Position numbers and translations under genes: made by a program. Source: Chrysomallon squamiferum (Eukaryota; Animalia; Mollusca). From it: 64,000 bases of DNA. The stretch covers positions 8,370,001-8,434,000 of the forward strand of contig CM022672.1 of assembly GCA_012295275.1 (NCBI GenBank), written 5' to 3'. The notes beneath the pieces were generated by a model. That model saw only the letters and a list, made by a program, of their open reading frames with translations, made no database searches and had not been told where the DNA came from. Shown piece by piece: positions 40,401-55,649 of the stretch; position 1 is the stretch's first letter, and the number at the start of each line of letters is the position of its first letter.

Positions 40401-42121
40401 CCAGCACGGTTCCCGGGGCGACTGACAGATATTTCGGGACGCCATATAAAAGTTAATGCCTGAAAAAAGTGAAGGGAAAGAATTAAACTTCGCCCCCTAG
40501 CTAAAGAGGCGTTATATTAGCAATTGTTGCAAGGCACAAGAGACGTATTCGTGAAATCGCTTGCCGAGCATTCTAATCAAGTCAGCCCCTTGTGGAACTC
40601 TCCTGTCGAAAAAGTATTGTTAGGACGATATGGACGTGAATGAAGCGGAAACGTGTCTGAGACCAGACGTGCGGGTTAAAACCAGTTATGTCGCTAAAAC
40701 AAACCGCTATGCTAAAGTAAAACAAAAAATAAAAAAATAAAAAAAAAAAAGAGAATGTTTTTGTATGTTGATGAGTATAGCTTGAATGAATTATAAGAGA
40801 AGAATGATGAGTTCATGATCATTAACTTGATTGGACTGAAGTGAATTTAAAAGTTGAATACTGAAAACAGTTTGAATATTTGTATGTGTTTTGCTTATAT
40901 TTTATATTTTAATAAAAATAGGTTTTAGTGTAAACGTGAAACTGATTTTACTGATCAACAATAGAATGCAGCGGGTCAGCATCATCGTTAGCAGTATTTG
41001 TAATAACGGTAGTTCTTTAGAAGTAGCTGTACTTGTAGCAGTAATAACAGAAACAGCAGCTGTAGGATTTGTATTAATGGCAACAGTAAAGAACTATTAG
41101 TAATAATAATTACAGCAGTATTAGTGTATTAATAATTGTAGTTGTAGTACTTTTGTACTCACTGTGTAGATAATCTTCTGTGGTGTATGACAACTAGTTT
41201 AGTTAGCTTTTATTGTATCTTGTTGTTACCATCTATATGAAGATCTTGCTTTATGAGGCTCATTATTCATTTTTGTGGACATGTTGATACCTTGCACCCA
41301 AAATCGACTTAACAGTGAAATGGCACAACTTACCCACTCCTACCGTATTTTTAGTAATGGAAACTATAGCAGTATGGTATTAGCTGTAAAATCAGTCGTA
41401 CTAATAGTAGTAGGTGTTAGTATAGTACTAGTGATCGTTGTGACAGCAGAAGAATTATTTATTGTAGCTTTGGTGGTACTAATAATAATGATGGTGATAA
41501 TTAAGAGGACAGATATAATAATGGTGATGAAGAGAAGGAAACTGTGAGTTTTCATATTTGTAAGAGACACAAATAATAATTTCGTTTTCAGTTGCATTGT
41601 AAACAAACACTGCACAAACACAGCAAAACAACCACACAATAGCAACAGCGGATATCTCAGTCGATAAAACTATAAACACTTTTGTCAGTCATTTACGTAC
41701 ATTTGTCACTTAAATTGCCGCATTTTTGCTCTTTCCGGTGGTAGATACAGAAATAATCTGAAAAGAATTACTGGCCCTGAAAACAATTCTATTGACAAAC
41801 GGTTTATTTCGTCTTCCAAGCGTGGATGCTAAACTTGCCATCACAAAAGTCGCCGAATGGAATCGTAATGTTCCGTTTCCAACACAAAGACGTCACGAGC
41901 GAATGCACCGCTGACATAATAATAGCCCCGAGATGTCGCTGTCTGCCAGTACAAACAAGGAAAAACACTAAAGACAAATGCGAGTTAACTGTTATTTAGC
42001 TAAGTGACGTGATTATTGAGAAAACAGGTCAGTGTGTGGTTGATTGAGATATTACAGTTGAATCCAATCACATTCATTAATAAAGACAAAAAGAAAGAGA
42101 CACAGAGATTCAAATATATAT

Positions 42122-42162
<41 letters not shown>

Positions 42163-42163
42163 T

Positions 42164-42277
<114 letters not shown>

Positions 42278-42899
42278 TACTGATGGCAACACGAATAAAG
42301 AGTACAAATTCCTATTCTGTTTTAAATGTAATCCAACTGCAGATATTCCTGGTCCACTCCTGGATATAACTATGTTACTATTAATCAACTCTTTTCAGCA
42401 TAAACTATTCAACAGAAATAAAATCTTAACCTCCCAGCTTTTCGCGTCACCGGAAATTGCAAGTCTTGTAAGCCGGAAGTTGGAGATTTGATGGATTATG
42501 GGTTATCTGTGAAAACTGATAGCAGTTGTGAAGACAACCGTATAATGTGATCCGACTGATACAGCAATGATTTTTATTGTTTGGATTACGTGAGGCATGT
42601 CTTCTAAAGACCTCACTGACAGAAACATCCGCTAGAGGGCGTGTACGAGAAAACACAATAAAATCCCGCAGCAACAGATTACACAATAATCGGTTTATTT
42701 TTCATGTACCTGTATAACGTATTAAGTTGGTGCAGGTTGCATGTTTGATACTGACGATGGTGTTGTTGTAAATACATTTTGCATTGCTATTATTATTTTT
42801 ACTATTATTGTTGTTGTTGTCGTTGTTGTCACTATCACCAGAACCAACGATATCATTTTCATCACCACATCAACATCATATATATTTATATATATATGA

Positions 42900-43010
<111 letters not shown>

Positions 43011-46000
43011 CACATAAATATACATATACATATACAAATGCACAGGTACCCGTTGATTAACGCGGTAAAATTAATTGCAACAATCTCTTGATGTGCACGT
43101 GGAAACATCAAGAAACGACATTGCGAGAGAACATTCAAACTTATATGCCACTAATATGATTACGTCACAGGCATGGCAGAAGGTTGCCTGCCTTTCAGTG
43201 ACTTTGTGGCAGGCAGTTTCAGACTCCATAATCAAACAGCAGCCATTGAACAACTGGAATGTGAAGAAGAAAAAGAAAAAAATCCCCCAAAAGTGGACGA
43301 TTAAAGAGCTTAGTGGAATCTTTCGTAAATTTGAGTCGTTTAAGAAACAAATAATGGATGTGGATCCATCTCTGAATCGTAACAGTCTAGTTTGACTCAG
43401 TTTAGAGAAACTAATTGCGTGCTACTGCAGAATTTATGGGGAGAAAACAGCTAAACTGTTCAAACTGATCTTTATAATTTTTATTTTTTTTGTATTTAAA
43501 AGTGCATAAATATTGTTGAACTACTAGTTTGTATTTAATACATATTTATTTTCTTACAAGATAAGTATGTTTTAGGTTGAACTTTTGAGTCAGTCAAATT
43601 TGATCAATGATCGATTATAATTTAATACTACTAATTATTGTAATATTGTAATATAGTGAATTCGATATATGCGGTAACTATGGATGTGTGTCTGTATGTG
43701 TGTGTGTGTGTGTGTTTCATTTTCTTTTAAAAAATATTTTAGTAATGTATCAATGACATAATAAAATTGAGAGATTATGTAATATATCTATATTAATGTA
43801 CTGTTAGATAAATCATGACTAGTTTCCTGTATTGTATTTTATTTATTTTCTGAATTACAAACATTTTTATTTATCTATGTAAAATAGCTTTAGAAATGAT
43901 TTGAAAACATTCGAAAACGTTCGAAATGGAAAGAAAATGTAATATAATACTTGGTATTGATTATTTCTTAAATGAAAAAAAAAAAAAATTTACTTTCAGA
44001 AGATTATAACATTAATACATCGGACAAATAATTTATTCTGAAAAAAGAATCAATCATTTAGAAAACTCTTACATTCATTTTTAATATAGTTTAAATAAAA
44101 TAGATTTGTAAGATAATAATCAGCATATTTTACGTTATTAGTAAATATTTTGCCCGTAAATAGATTCATTCTTTCGGAAAGCACATACATACAAATTTTT
44201 AATGGAGTAGAAACACATTTATCAAAGATGACAGACAGTTACATTCCAAGAACATATTTCCACATGAATCAGTCTTTTGGATAACAGTATTTTCTACGTT
44301 ATAGAACTCAATCGTTCTGTTTCAGTATTCATAACTGTTAATGGTCTTGCAGTGATGTGACGGGGAAGAGTTGAAAAAGAAAAAAGGAAGAAAGAAACTG
44401 AACCAAAAATGCACAAATATAAAAATAAAAAAAAGAAAGCGAAAGTTACGGATGCACGGACGCCGCAGTTGGTTCCTGTCTAGACATGGAAAAATAAAAA
44501 CTGAAAATCAAGAATGTGAGCTAACTGCTGTGTTATACAGTTAATATCAAAGAACTTTGCCGATTGGATATATAATAGAAAAAAATTGAATAAAATAAAA
44601 TAAATAAATAAACAAACAAATAAATTAATCAGAAAATGTAAAAGACAACTTGTTTGTAGCTAGTGATTAATAATGGCTTTGAAACAACCACAGACTAACT
44701 AAATATTTTATAAATGAAATCAAATGTGACTCATTAAGAAGCTTGTATATTTTTATGTTACAAGAATCGTGCAATCTGTTAAGTAAGTAATTATAGAGTA
44801 TATTTTGTTTTGATATTTCTCTGCTTTGGATTTCTTTATTCGTCTCTGGTTTTACCAAGTTTCTGTTTAAAATGTTTTATATGCACTAGAAGATTTAATC
44901 TTCGATGAAACACCAAGTTAATCATCAAATACAAAATTAGAGAGGAAAACCTCTTGCAATCACGCGACGTTCCAGTCTTTGATGATTAGAAACAAGGAAT
45001 CCTTAATATTCACATTCCCAGAGGCAGGAAAATAGTATTTGACAAACCAGTCACCGAGCAGTAATGTATCTAGAATTAGGTGTTACGAGACAGAAATTTA
45101 TGGTAGTCACAGAGCAATGGTTGGAATGAGACAGTAATGTATAAAGAATTAGGTTGAAGTTACTGTACTAGGCAGATGGTTCTCTGATGGTAGCAGATCT
45201 AAAAATTACCCACAGCGAGAAGAACCGCCCCAGGAGTGCGTCCTGCTCTAGCTGTCAGTTGTTGATATCTGCAGAACGAGGAGTTCTAAATCAGTTTGTC
45301 CGACACTAACCTGACCTCTTCACAACAATTGATTCCTGGGTGCACGCGAAACTAAATTTTCAACGAGAAATCGATTCCAGATTGTCGATATAAAGACGAC
45401 AAGAAAATTTAGTTTGACAAGTTAATGGTAGGAGTGAAATCGTTCCTCTCTCGCTTAAAATGGAATCATATCACGTAATTTAAAACAGCTGTAAACTGAT
45501 ACAGCTGAAACACAAATCAATACAGCATCCGTATAAAAATATAAGTCGGTATAATAAAGCTGAGCTAATGACATGGATATAAATTATTTAGAATTTATGA
45601 AAACTATTACGTTACCGTACTCAGTTTAAAACACACGCTAACTGCTAGTGATATTGAAAGTTCATACAGTCTCGTGTGGTAAACTTACTTGGTTTCGGCG
45701 TCAAACCACTGGCTGGTGATTATTGGCGTAAATATTCAAAACACAGAGAAACCAGCTAATTATATTACCTTCTAGAAGAAGAAGAAGAAGAAGAAGAAGA
45801 AAAGAGAAAGAGGAAGAAGAGAAAGAAGAAGACGAAGAAGAGAAAGAAGAAGAAGAAGAAGAAGAAGAAAAGAGAAGAAAAAGAGAAAGAAGAAGAAAAG
45901 AGAAAGAACAAGGAGATGAAGAATAAAATGAAGATAAAGAAAGATGAAGAAAAAAAAAAGAGAATCAAGAATAAAAAAAAAAAAAAAAGGAATGAAAAGA

Positions 46001-46719
46001 AAAGAAAAAAACAACAACAAAATAAGACAAAGAAAGAAGCAACTGCAACAGTATCCCCACCCAAATATACACAAGAGACAAACGTCATCAACACGATGTC
46101 GTAAATTCTGCTTCTAACCAATAACATCTTGTATTACACTATAAACAGTATCAACAAGTTAATCCACATTTCTTTTAAAATACAAGCTAAAACATAATGT
46201 TCATATATTCACACAATTTTATATGTTCATTATAAACATAATATAAATATATTTTAATATATACGTTAAAAACAACACGCCAACGCATAACCTTTGAACT
46301 TAAACATTAACAGCTAACTGGAACGTGTTAAGAGATCTGTGAACTTTTATTCAAAATGTGCCTGGCGGAGAAAACCCATTACGCAATATTAGAATCTTTT
46401 ACGTCACCCTGCTCGGTTTTATTATATTTCGTTTCGCAGCGCTGCGCAGTGATAACTTTATAGTAACTGACGACTTCACGGTGCAATTTCTATATTAATC
46501 ATTTAATGTTTCTATCATGGCTCGCAAATCCGCCACGAAATTGTTTCCGATATTGAGATTATCGATCGTAATATTCAAACACCATTCACCAAGGCGGGTT
46601 TTGTATATACAGTCGTCTCCTTTTATTAGTAACACGCCGTCAGGTGGTCGCATGGTTATTGCGCTCGTTTTATTTGGTAAAGCTCTGAGAAATATACGAT
46701 TATGTATACAATATGCAAT

Positions 46720-47200
<481 letters not shown>

Positions 47201-47359
47201 TACAAAACAACAAAAACACTTCAGCTACAGCAATAATAACGAAACTACGCATGCGATACATAATAATAATAAAAAGAAACAAACAAAAGCAATAAAAATA
47301 CAAAGCGAACATAAAATAAAATTTCTCGAAGCAATTTTTTTTTTTACTTCCCATTCAAT

Positions 47360-47700
47360 CTTATGTCACACCCTGTAACCATATCGTAAATTATTCCTTT
47401 TTTTTTTTTCTTTCATTTTAATTTTTAATTTTTTTATTATTATTTTTTTAATTTCCAGTTTCTGTTTACTAATATCATTTCTCAAGTCATTAAAAAAAGC
47501 GAGCTGGTGGTAATAAGTGTTCATAAAGTGAAGTCCGCTTTTTATCACAACCCTTGCACTTTGTGACAGCTTTCCGCGAGATAACTTAATGGAAATTACC
47601 CATCAGGGCAAAAATATGGAAATTAAAAAAAGAAAAAACAAGAAGCAGAAAACAAAAAGAAAGTAAAATAGGAAGTATAACGTGAGTTAATGCATCAGAT
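47360..47700 (+). repeat. Dispersed duplicated segment, copy A (inverted partner at about 55905-56155)
   Basis: 47549-47630 is the reverse complement of 55943-56024 with one mismatch. The flanks also align but are more diverged. Confidence 0.9.
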
Positions 47701-48444
47701 ATAGAAAAAAAAGTTACAATAAAAATATGATGTGAATATAATTATTTTTTTATTTTTTTAAAATAATTTTGGAATTTAACAATGTAAAAGCCTCAAATAG
47801 AAAATTTGATATGCCAAACTGATCAAAGAAAACATAATTACTAAATAGAAAATAATAAGAAACAAAACGTCAACATTTTTTTTTACAAAATAATGAAAAA
47901 GAATAATAATAATAATAATAAATACATACATAAATAATTAAAATAAAATAATAATAACAACATTCCAACCTCGCCTGGATAAAACCTTTTCCCAGAACAT
48001 AAACATACGCAAAACACCCCTCAGAAACATCAAGAACTAAAAAAAAAAAAGACAGTAAATACGAACATATCAAAAAATGAAACAAAACATTTTTATATCT
48101 CAAAGAGAAACATAAATACAAATGAATGATCTGTTCTTAATATTATTTTTTTTTCTTCATAAGTCATCATCATTAACAGGGGAAGAAAAAAAAAAAAGGT
48201 CATGGCGTGACAGGCAAGTCAAAATGTTGGCTGAGACTTTGTGTTGACCAAAGGTAACATATTTAGTTAAAAACGTCACGTCTCATTGGTGCTTTTGTCG
48301 TGTGACGTACGCTTACTTCCGGCCGCATGGGGATTAACTGACATTGCGCTAACCAGCGCTCCGCAAGCGTTTCGACTCGAGACTTTAACCCTGTCTGCTT
48401 TCTTCACTGATGGATACCTAGCGTTAAGAAAATTGTAATTGGAA

Positions 48445-48475
<31 letters not shown>

Positions 48476-48707
48476 AATAAAATAAATAAAAAAATAAAAA
48501 AAATGAAATAAAATAAAAAATAATTAATATATATATATATATATAAAAATAAAGAAAAGAAAAAAATGTATTTAGTGTCAGGTTAAATAATTATTTCTTA
48601 CCAACTGTAGCTTTTTTCTTCATTTAACACACTGGAATAGAAATCTAATACTGAACGCGCTGTTTCGTGTAACTGTAACAAGCATAATGTGTTATAGGGT
48701 GATCTTG

Positions 48708-48945
<238 letters not shown>

Positions 48946-50324
48946 AATACCAGTAGAGTAGTAACAGCAAGCAAAGTAGTACTGTAAACAGTAGCAATAT
49001 ATTGTAATAATATTAGATACAGTGGTATTAGTAGTAGTAACAAAATTAGTAGAAGATTAGGTGTATTATAGTTAACATAGATTATTATCCAGTAACAACT
49101 GTTGCTAAATTAAAATGGTAAAATAACGTGTGTTTCGTTTGTTATTTTAGTGACCAGAACGGCGTGACCCGAGTGACCAGTCTTCATTTAAGAGTTGTAT
49201 TTAATGACTGTTGGCGTGTGATTACTCGACCTGTGATTGGTCTTCAACTCGAATTTCAACCATTTAGTTTGCTGCCATCCTAATTAGAAACCCTACTCAC
49301 GTTCTGTTGGAGAACTTCGATGAACCCCGACCTAATGCGTGCCAAATGAATGCCCTTGTTGCGCCAGTAGGAACCGGCCAAATGACATTAGAGACGAAAT
49401 TCTGCCATTTGAAGTCGTGCCGTCATTTCTGGATGCTTGTGTTGGCGAGCGATTTGAGTGTGAAACTCCAAAGAAGCTCTTCATCCCACTGTTCAATTAA
49501 TTGACGTCTCTCGGCAGAAACTGATCAGCCGCACAATCAACCTGATTGTTGTGGAATTTTTAGAATTTTCGTTTCGCCTCGCTGACCGTTTGGAGCCATG
49601 ATCGTTATAGGACTCTGAAGAGCAATGAATTTACATCTTTCTCTCCCTTTCTGAGATCTTTGATAAGTCCAGTTTTCTTTCTGCGCAAACGTATCTCTCT
49701 ATAAAGCATTTTTTAACGTTTTTGAGATATGTATCAAAGTGAGTTTAACCTAATTTGTATTATTACTGATACTGAGATTTGATATACAGAAATAGAAATA
49801 ATTGATCATCTTAAACCATCACTGACTGACGGGATCAGAGATAAATCTAGAGAACTAGAGGTCACAGGATCAGTCGTCTTAAGTGCGCTCGTGTCTGTGT
49901 TTCCCGATTCTCTCAGTTCTCTGCGACTCGTGTCCGAAAAACTCCAACACTTGTAGTGTTCTGTCTTTGTTGGTAAATATAAAACAACCTTGCTGCTAAT
50001 TGGTAACAGTAAGTCACATTATTGCTGCAGAAGGTGTCGCCTCTCACCGTAATTACGAAACAGCTACTTTGACACCTAACAGCCATTCATTTTAAGAGAT
50101 TGACGAGAATGTCCTACATTAACTGATTTGTTTTCATTAGCGTTTGGCTATAAAAATGAAGAAAGATAAATTAAAAAATCTGATGGCTGTTTATTGGGGT
50201 ATACTAATGACAAAAATATTCTCACCTGTAATATATCCTCATTAGAGTCTAACAGCATTTTATTGACAACAACGTGGTAGAATTGTTATTATTATTATTA
50301 TTGTTATTGTTATTGTTGTTGTTG

Positions 50325-50374
<50 letters not shown>

Positions 50375-52419
50375 TGTAGCAGTCAACCTCAGATGGTTAC
50401 AATTATTATAGAAACTTTAGGTCAGCCCTTCCATTAACACATGAATATCTAATCTGCTTCGGTTGTCAACAGACTGATATTAAAAAACATCAGAGACACA
50501 AGTAACTGCTTGACCTCGCTGTACAACATCCAGGATTATCATCTGTTAGTAAAGTAGTTTGTATCCTCGGCTGACTGTTCGATAGAAAGCCTAAACAAAG
50601 CTATAACAATTACGTCGTTGAACCGTCATTGTCTCCTGTCCCTGTTTCTGGTCAATGTGTCGAGCCTCTCGTGATTTACAGTTTATTTTAATAAAAATAA
50701 CCGAGACAGGATCTTTAGAAAACTTATTGCAGCCGGAAATCGTAGCAACAACTGCATCCATGTGACAAATGACATCATTAACATCATCATAATGCTTACA
50801 GCGACGATATTTTCTCTCCACGCAGCCGATATTGTCCATAAAGCCGAAGATAATTACACAATTATTTGAGAAGACGTTTTCTTTCATCCCGATATGAGGA
50901 GCTTTTATTTATTAATAAAGTGTTTTGACTCGGTACACCAACAACAACAGCCACGTCGGCCTTCAGTCTGCCTCGCCGCCTTTAACGTATTACTCGCCTT
51001 GTTTGTAAGGAAGGGTCAAGGCCGAGTGATAGATGTAAAGATACCGCACTGGTAGTTATTACAGTGAAGACTGTCTAATAACTTCAGACACTGAACGTAA
51101 TGAAAAAACCCACGAATAATCAGTCGTCAAGCTAAAACAATGAACTGGAAACAATAAATATACATTCTGCTCGACTGGACGCGATTCAGAGTGAATATTA
51201 ACTGTGTAGTGAGATCATTTGTTTCTGTCTCGGTTTGGCATAGTAATGACGTTTAATCATCTTTCTATGATTAAAAAATCTTAGAGGCAGACGCTGAGTT
51301 ATAAAACAGAAATGATGATACAAGATAAAACTATTCCACAAAAACAGATGTATCCAACGTACGTCAGGTACGACACGTGCCATGGAGTACACCTGAATAG
51401 TTACTGTTACCGTAAAGCTTTCTAGAAGATATTTGGTTCCGATATTTGGAAAGGGTCGCTGTTTGCCATAGGATGCATTTTCCGTAGACACACTGTCATG
51501 TCTTAACATACATTTCAGTATCAGTGTCATTATACTATTACTACTGAAATAAATGCCTGCTCTCTTACTCTCTTTTCCATACCCATTCATGTAAATCCTT
51601 GACTCTCATACAGTGTTAAAAATAGTGCTATTGTTTTTTCAGCTGTGTTTATAACATTAATTTTAAAGATGTCAATAAAATACAAACGTAATGAGCAAAA
51701 CGGACAATTAAAATTTAATTTACTCTCACTTTATCAGTGAGATCTAGATCCGCGAAAGATATTCTAATATCACCTTGACAACACGTTTCCCAGATTTCTA
51801 ATGTATTAATCTTTTAAACTACTATAATCAGTAAAATCATATTACGTAAGGTTTTTAGGCAGCGATAAATTGGAATCAATATTCGTTATGTTAGAACATT
51901 TCTTACGCAGGCTGATTTTGTAAATTACAAAAAAAAAAAAAAAAAAAAAAAATAAGTATCAAAAAATAAATGTTAAAAAAAGGATTTCTTTATCGATCTG
52001 AGGAATCGAACTCGCTTTCCTTGAGTTACTGTTGCTTCTGCAAAAGACGAAATATGAAAGATACGCTGTCTGTTGTTACTCCGACGATGTAACGAGTTTA
52101 CGCTCACCCACAGACACAGGATTTAATTAAATAACTTGGATATGAAATAGAAGACGATAAAATAACCACGTTTAATAAAATTATTAATTGTCTCAGTCGA
52201 TATTCATTAGTTTGGCCGTTAGCTACCGGTCATCGTTAATTTAAATACGTTGCTTCCCGCAAGGCTCACCTAAATTGAAACAAAAGAAAAATAGTTTTAT
52301 TTCGAGGAATTTAAACACAGAACTGTGGTAAGATAATATTGTTAAACCCAGTGAATATAATGTCGTTACTAATAGCGTCACAGATCCTGTCTCGGTTATT
52401 GGTTATTACTCACACACTG

Positions 52420-52464
<45 letters not shown>

Positions 52465-52520
52465 AAAATACATTTATACTGATGAACAGACACAGATACA
52501 GAGAAAGAAAGATAGATACA

Positions 52521-52577
<57 letters not shown>

Positions 52578-53039
52578 AGACAGAGAGAAATTAATTTATA
52601 TCTCATGATACTTTGCTTTAAAAATGTTTTAAGATACACTTAAGTCAGTGTTCATTCTTATCTTTATGACGACAAATTTTTGAGACTGAATATTTTTGAA
52701 TAAAAATAAAAATAAAAATAGTAATAATATTTAAAACAAAACAAGAAAAAAAAAATATTGGAAAAAAAAAAAAAAAAAAAAAAAATAAATAAATGAAAAT
52801 AACTTCAGGAAGATAATTTTTCACCGCTTTTATTATAATACACAGTGTATTGACACAGTGAATTCGCTTTCGTCATACTGTTTAAAATGTCATCTAAGGG
52901 TTTATATAATTTTACTACAATTATCTGCATAAGAAAAGACCAAAACATGAAATAAAAAGACCTGAAAAATAAATACTGAAACTAAAATCTAAAATTCAAA
53001 GACAGTGGCCTTGAAAGAGAGATTATAGACCTACATGAC

Positions 53040-53500
53040 AGTGAAATGCCGAGATATGAAATTGAAACCTAGAGATAAAAAATAAAACACAGAGATATAA
53101 TATAAAGCTATAAAAGTAAACACAGAGATATAAAATTGAAACAGATATGTGAATGTGTAACATAAAGATATAAAAGTGAAGTAGAGATATAAAAGTGAAT
53201 CAGATATATAAGAGTAACATAAAGATTTAAAGTGAAACAAATATATCAAATTGAAATAGATATATATGTGTAACATAAATATATAAAAGTGAAACAAGGA
53301 TATCAAACTGAAACTGATATATATAAGTGTAACATAAAGATATATAAAGTAACATAAAGATAAAAAATGAAACACAGAGATATACAATTGAAAGAGATGT
53401 ATAACTGTAACATCATAAAGATATGAAAGTGAAACACAGAGATATAAAAATGAAACAAAGATAAACAAGCTGAAACGTAGAGATATAAAGGTGAAACACA
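53040..53500. repeat. Degenerate minisatellite, about 20 bp units
   Basis: Recurring aaagtgaaacacagagatata and gtaacataaagatata variants. Confidence 0.75.
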
Positions 53501-54922
53501 AATTAGACTAATTAATACTCGTTGACCTAAAACATTTTTTTTTTTTTCACTAACGCTTGATGAAATGACATCATTGTGGTTTCTCTGTCTGCCAAACTTG
53601 TTAGTTTTCTTCCAGTCTGTACCAATATTTCCTGGAACCCACAGTCGTAAAGACAAGCAGACCGTTATTTTCCTAAACGTACACATAGCGAAACCATAAC
53701 AATGGGAATGAAATTTTCCGCATCAGGTATTTATTAATTAAATGCATAAAAATATTCATTCGAGCGTTTATGCCATATTTACTTCGTTAAGATGTGTTAT
53801 AAGCTTACCATTGTCGTCTAGCGACAGAAATAGAACGGAAAAGGAAAAGAAGTGGAGAAAAAAAAAGATGAGAAAACGGATTGAGAATATAAAACAGAAA
53901 GACAGAAAGAAAAAATTATTAAAAACAAAAGTTACGAAGAAAATGTCTGATGTTTAATGTAGACTTAAGACTTTCTTCAGGAAATGTAACAGTAATTAAA
54001 ATATTAATGCATATATTTTTTTTTTAATTGCTGGTTATATATATATAAAACATACAGCGGGATGAACCATGCGCGTACACATTCACGTAGATTATAGAGA
54101 TGAAAAACTGATGGTGAGATATGTGAAAAACCTCAGATAGATATCCATGTGGTTAGCTAGGTACGTAGACAAATAGGTGAATATATCGAGACGGTGAGAA
54201 GAAACAGAGGAAGAGAGCGACAAGAGGAAAGAAATAAAAACTAGGAGAGAAAATGAAAAAGAAAGAAGGAGAGAAAAAGAGAAAGATTAACGCAAAAACT
54301 AAGGTGTAAACGAAAGATTTAAAGTTTAAATGGAATTTGGTACTGTTAATGGTACTGAATAAATACTCTTCAGTTATGCATTTTCAAAAGCGGCAATACT
54401 AATTTAGACTAATAAACTTGACGTAAACTCGTTATTTCATGCCGATCACGTAGTTACATATACACGAGAGAGAGAAAAAAAAAAAAAAAAAGGAAGAAAA
54501 AATTCCGTCATCTTAGGTTTCATTATTTTGGCTTGATCAATATAAAACCGAGTCAGGCAAGGTAAAGACGCAATCATAGGCCGCCGTTAGTTGTAACGAT
54601 TTTTCTTGTCTTGGAAAGCTTGACGTTTCTTTATACAAAGCCAAAACCAGATTGCAACTGGGGATCTGAACGTATAGTTCGCAGATTCTTTGCTTGGGTG
54701 TGGTAATAGCCTATATGGTCTCCGTAAGTTATTTTAGAATTTCAATCTGTCTTTCTACATGCTCAGTAAAATCAGAAAAACGAGCTTGCTGTCAGTAAAA
54801 TCGTTTCATTAAAGACAGATTTTAAAAAACTGGAATGCAACGTAGATTAATTTAAATAAAAGAGTCCTTGGTGACAATAATGAGAACTACTGAAATAATG
54901 ATATACATGTACACACCCAGAG

Positions 54923-55473
54923 CAGTCGCCCCTTCGACTTTTGCTTTGAGTTACGAGGGGGAAATCCGAGTTACGAGCGAGCTTCAGATACGCCGCTGCA
55001 AGTTGGCGCAACGAACAATATAAATCCGCGTCTCCCTCGTTTACTTCACGTGGTTACCTCGCTGCGGAAGTATCTCTGTTGGGTTGTGCTCTTTTTTATG
55101 CAGTATTTTGCCTAATTTCTTTTTTCTGACCATGGATGCTAAGAAAGTTAGTGCAAAGGACAGTGCTGAGAAGAAGAAGCGGATGATGTCCATTGAATTA
55201 AAGCTTGAAATCAGAGAAAAACATGAGAGAGGTGTGCATGTAGTCGACTTGGCTAGGCAGTACAAGCGTAGTGCTTCTACGATATGTACCACACTGAAGC
55301 TCAAGGAGTCGACAAAGGCTGTAACTCCAGCCAAAGGCGTTAAAACAGTTTGTCTGATCTCCAAGATAAATACACTTTACAAAACCAATTTATTTCTTTA
55401 CATTCTCTTTTATTTTGTTTTTATACAATATCTGTCATTTATAAATACATTTTTCTTATTTAAAAACACGTTA

Positions 55474-55517
<44 letters not shown>

Positions 55518-55600
55518 TGGTTTTTAGGTGGGCTGGAACGAATTAATGGCATCTCAATTAATTTCAGTTGGGAAATTGATTTGATATACGAACTCGGTCG
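54923..55600 (+). mobile_element. Internally deleted Tigger/pogo-type (TIGD1-like) DNA transposon
   Basis: From ATG 55132 it encodes MDAKKVSAKDSAEKKKRMMSIELKLEIREKHERGVHVVDLARQYKRSASTICTTLKLKESTKAVTPAKGVK, a CENP-B N-terminal/HTH_psq domain typical of Tigger transposases, truncated at about 55365. The left end has repeated gagttacgag and the right end has the ctggaacgaattaat..gggaaa..ttgatatacga motif I recall from Tigger subterminal regions. TIRs are degraded. Confidence 0.8.
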
Positions 55601-55649
55601 AGAGAGATAGATAGATAGATAGATAAATAAATAGATATATAGATATATA

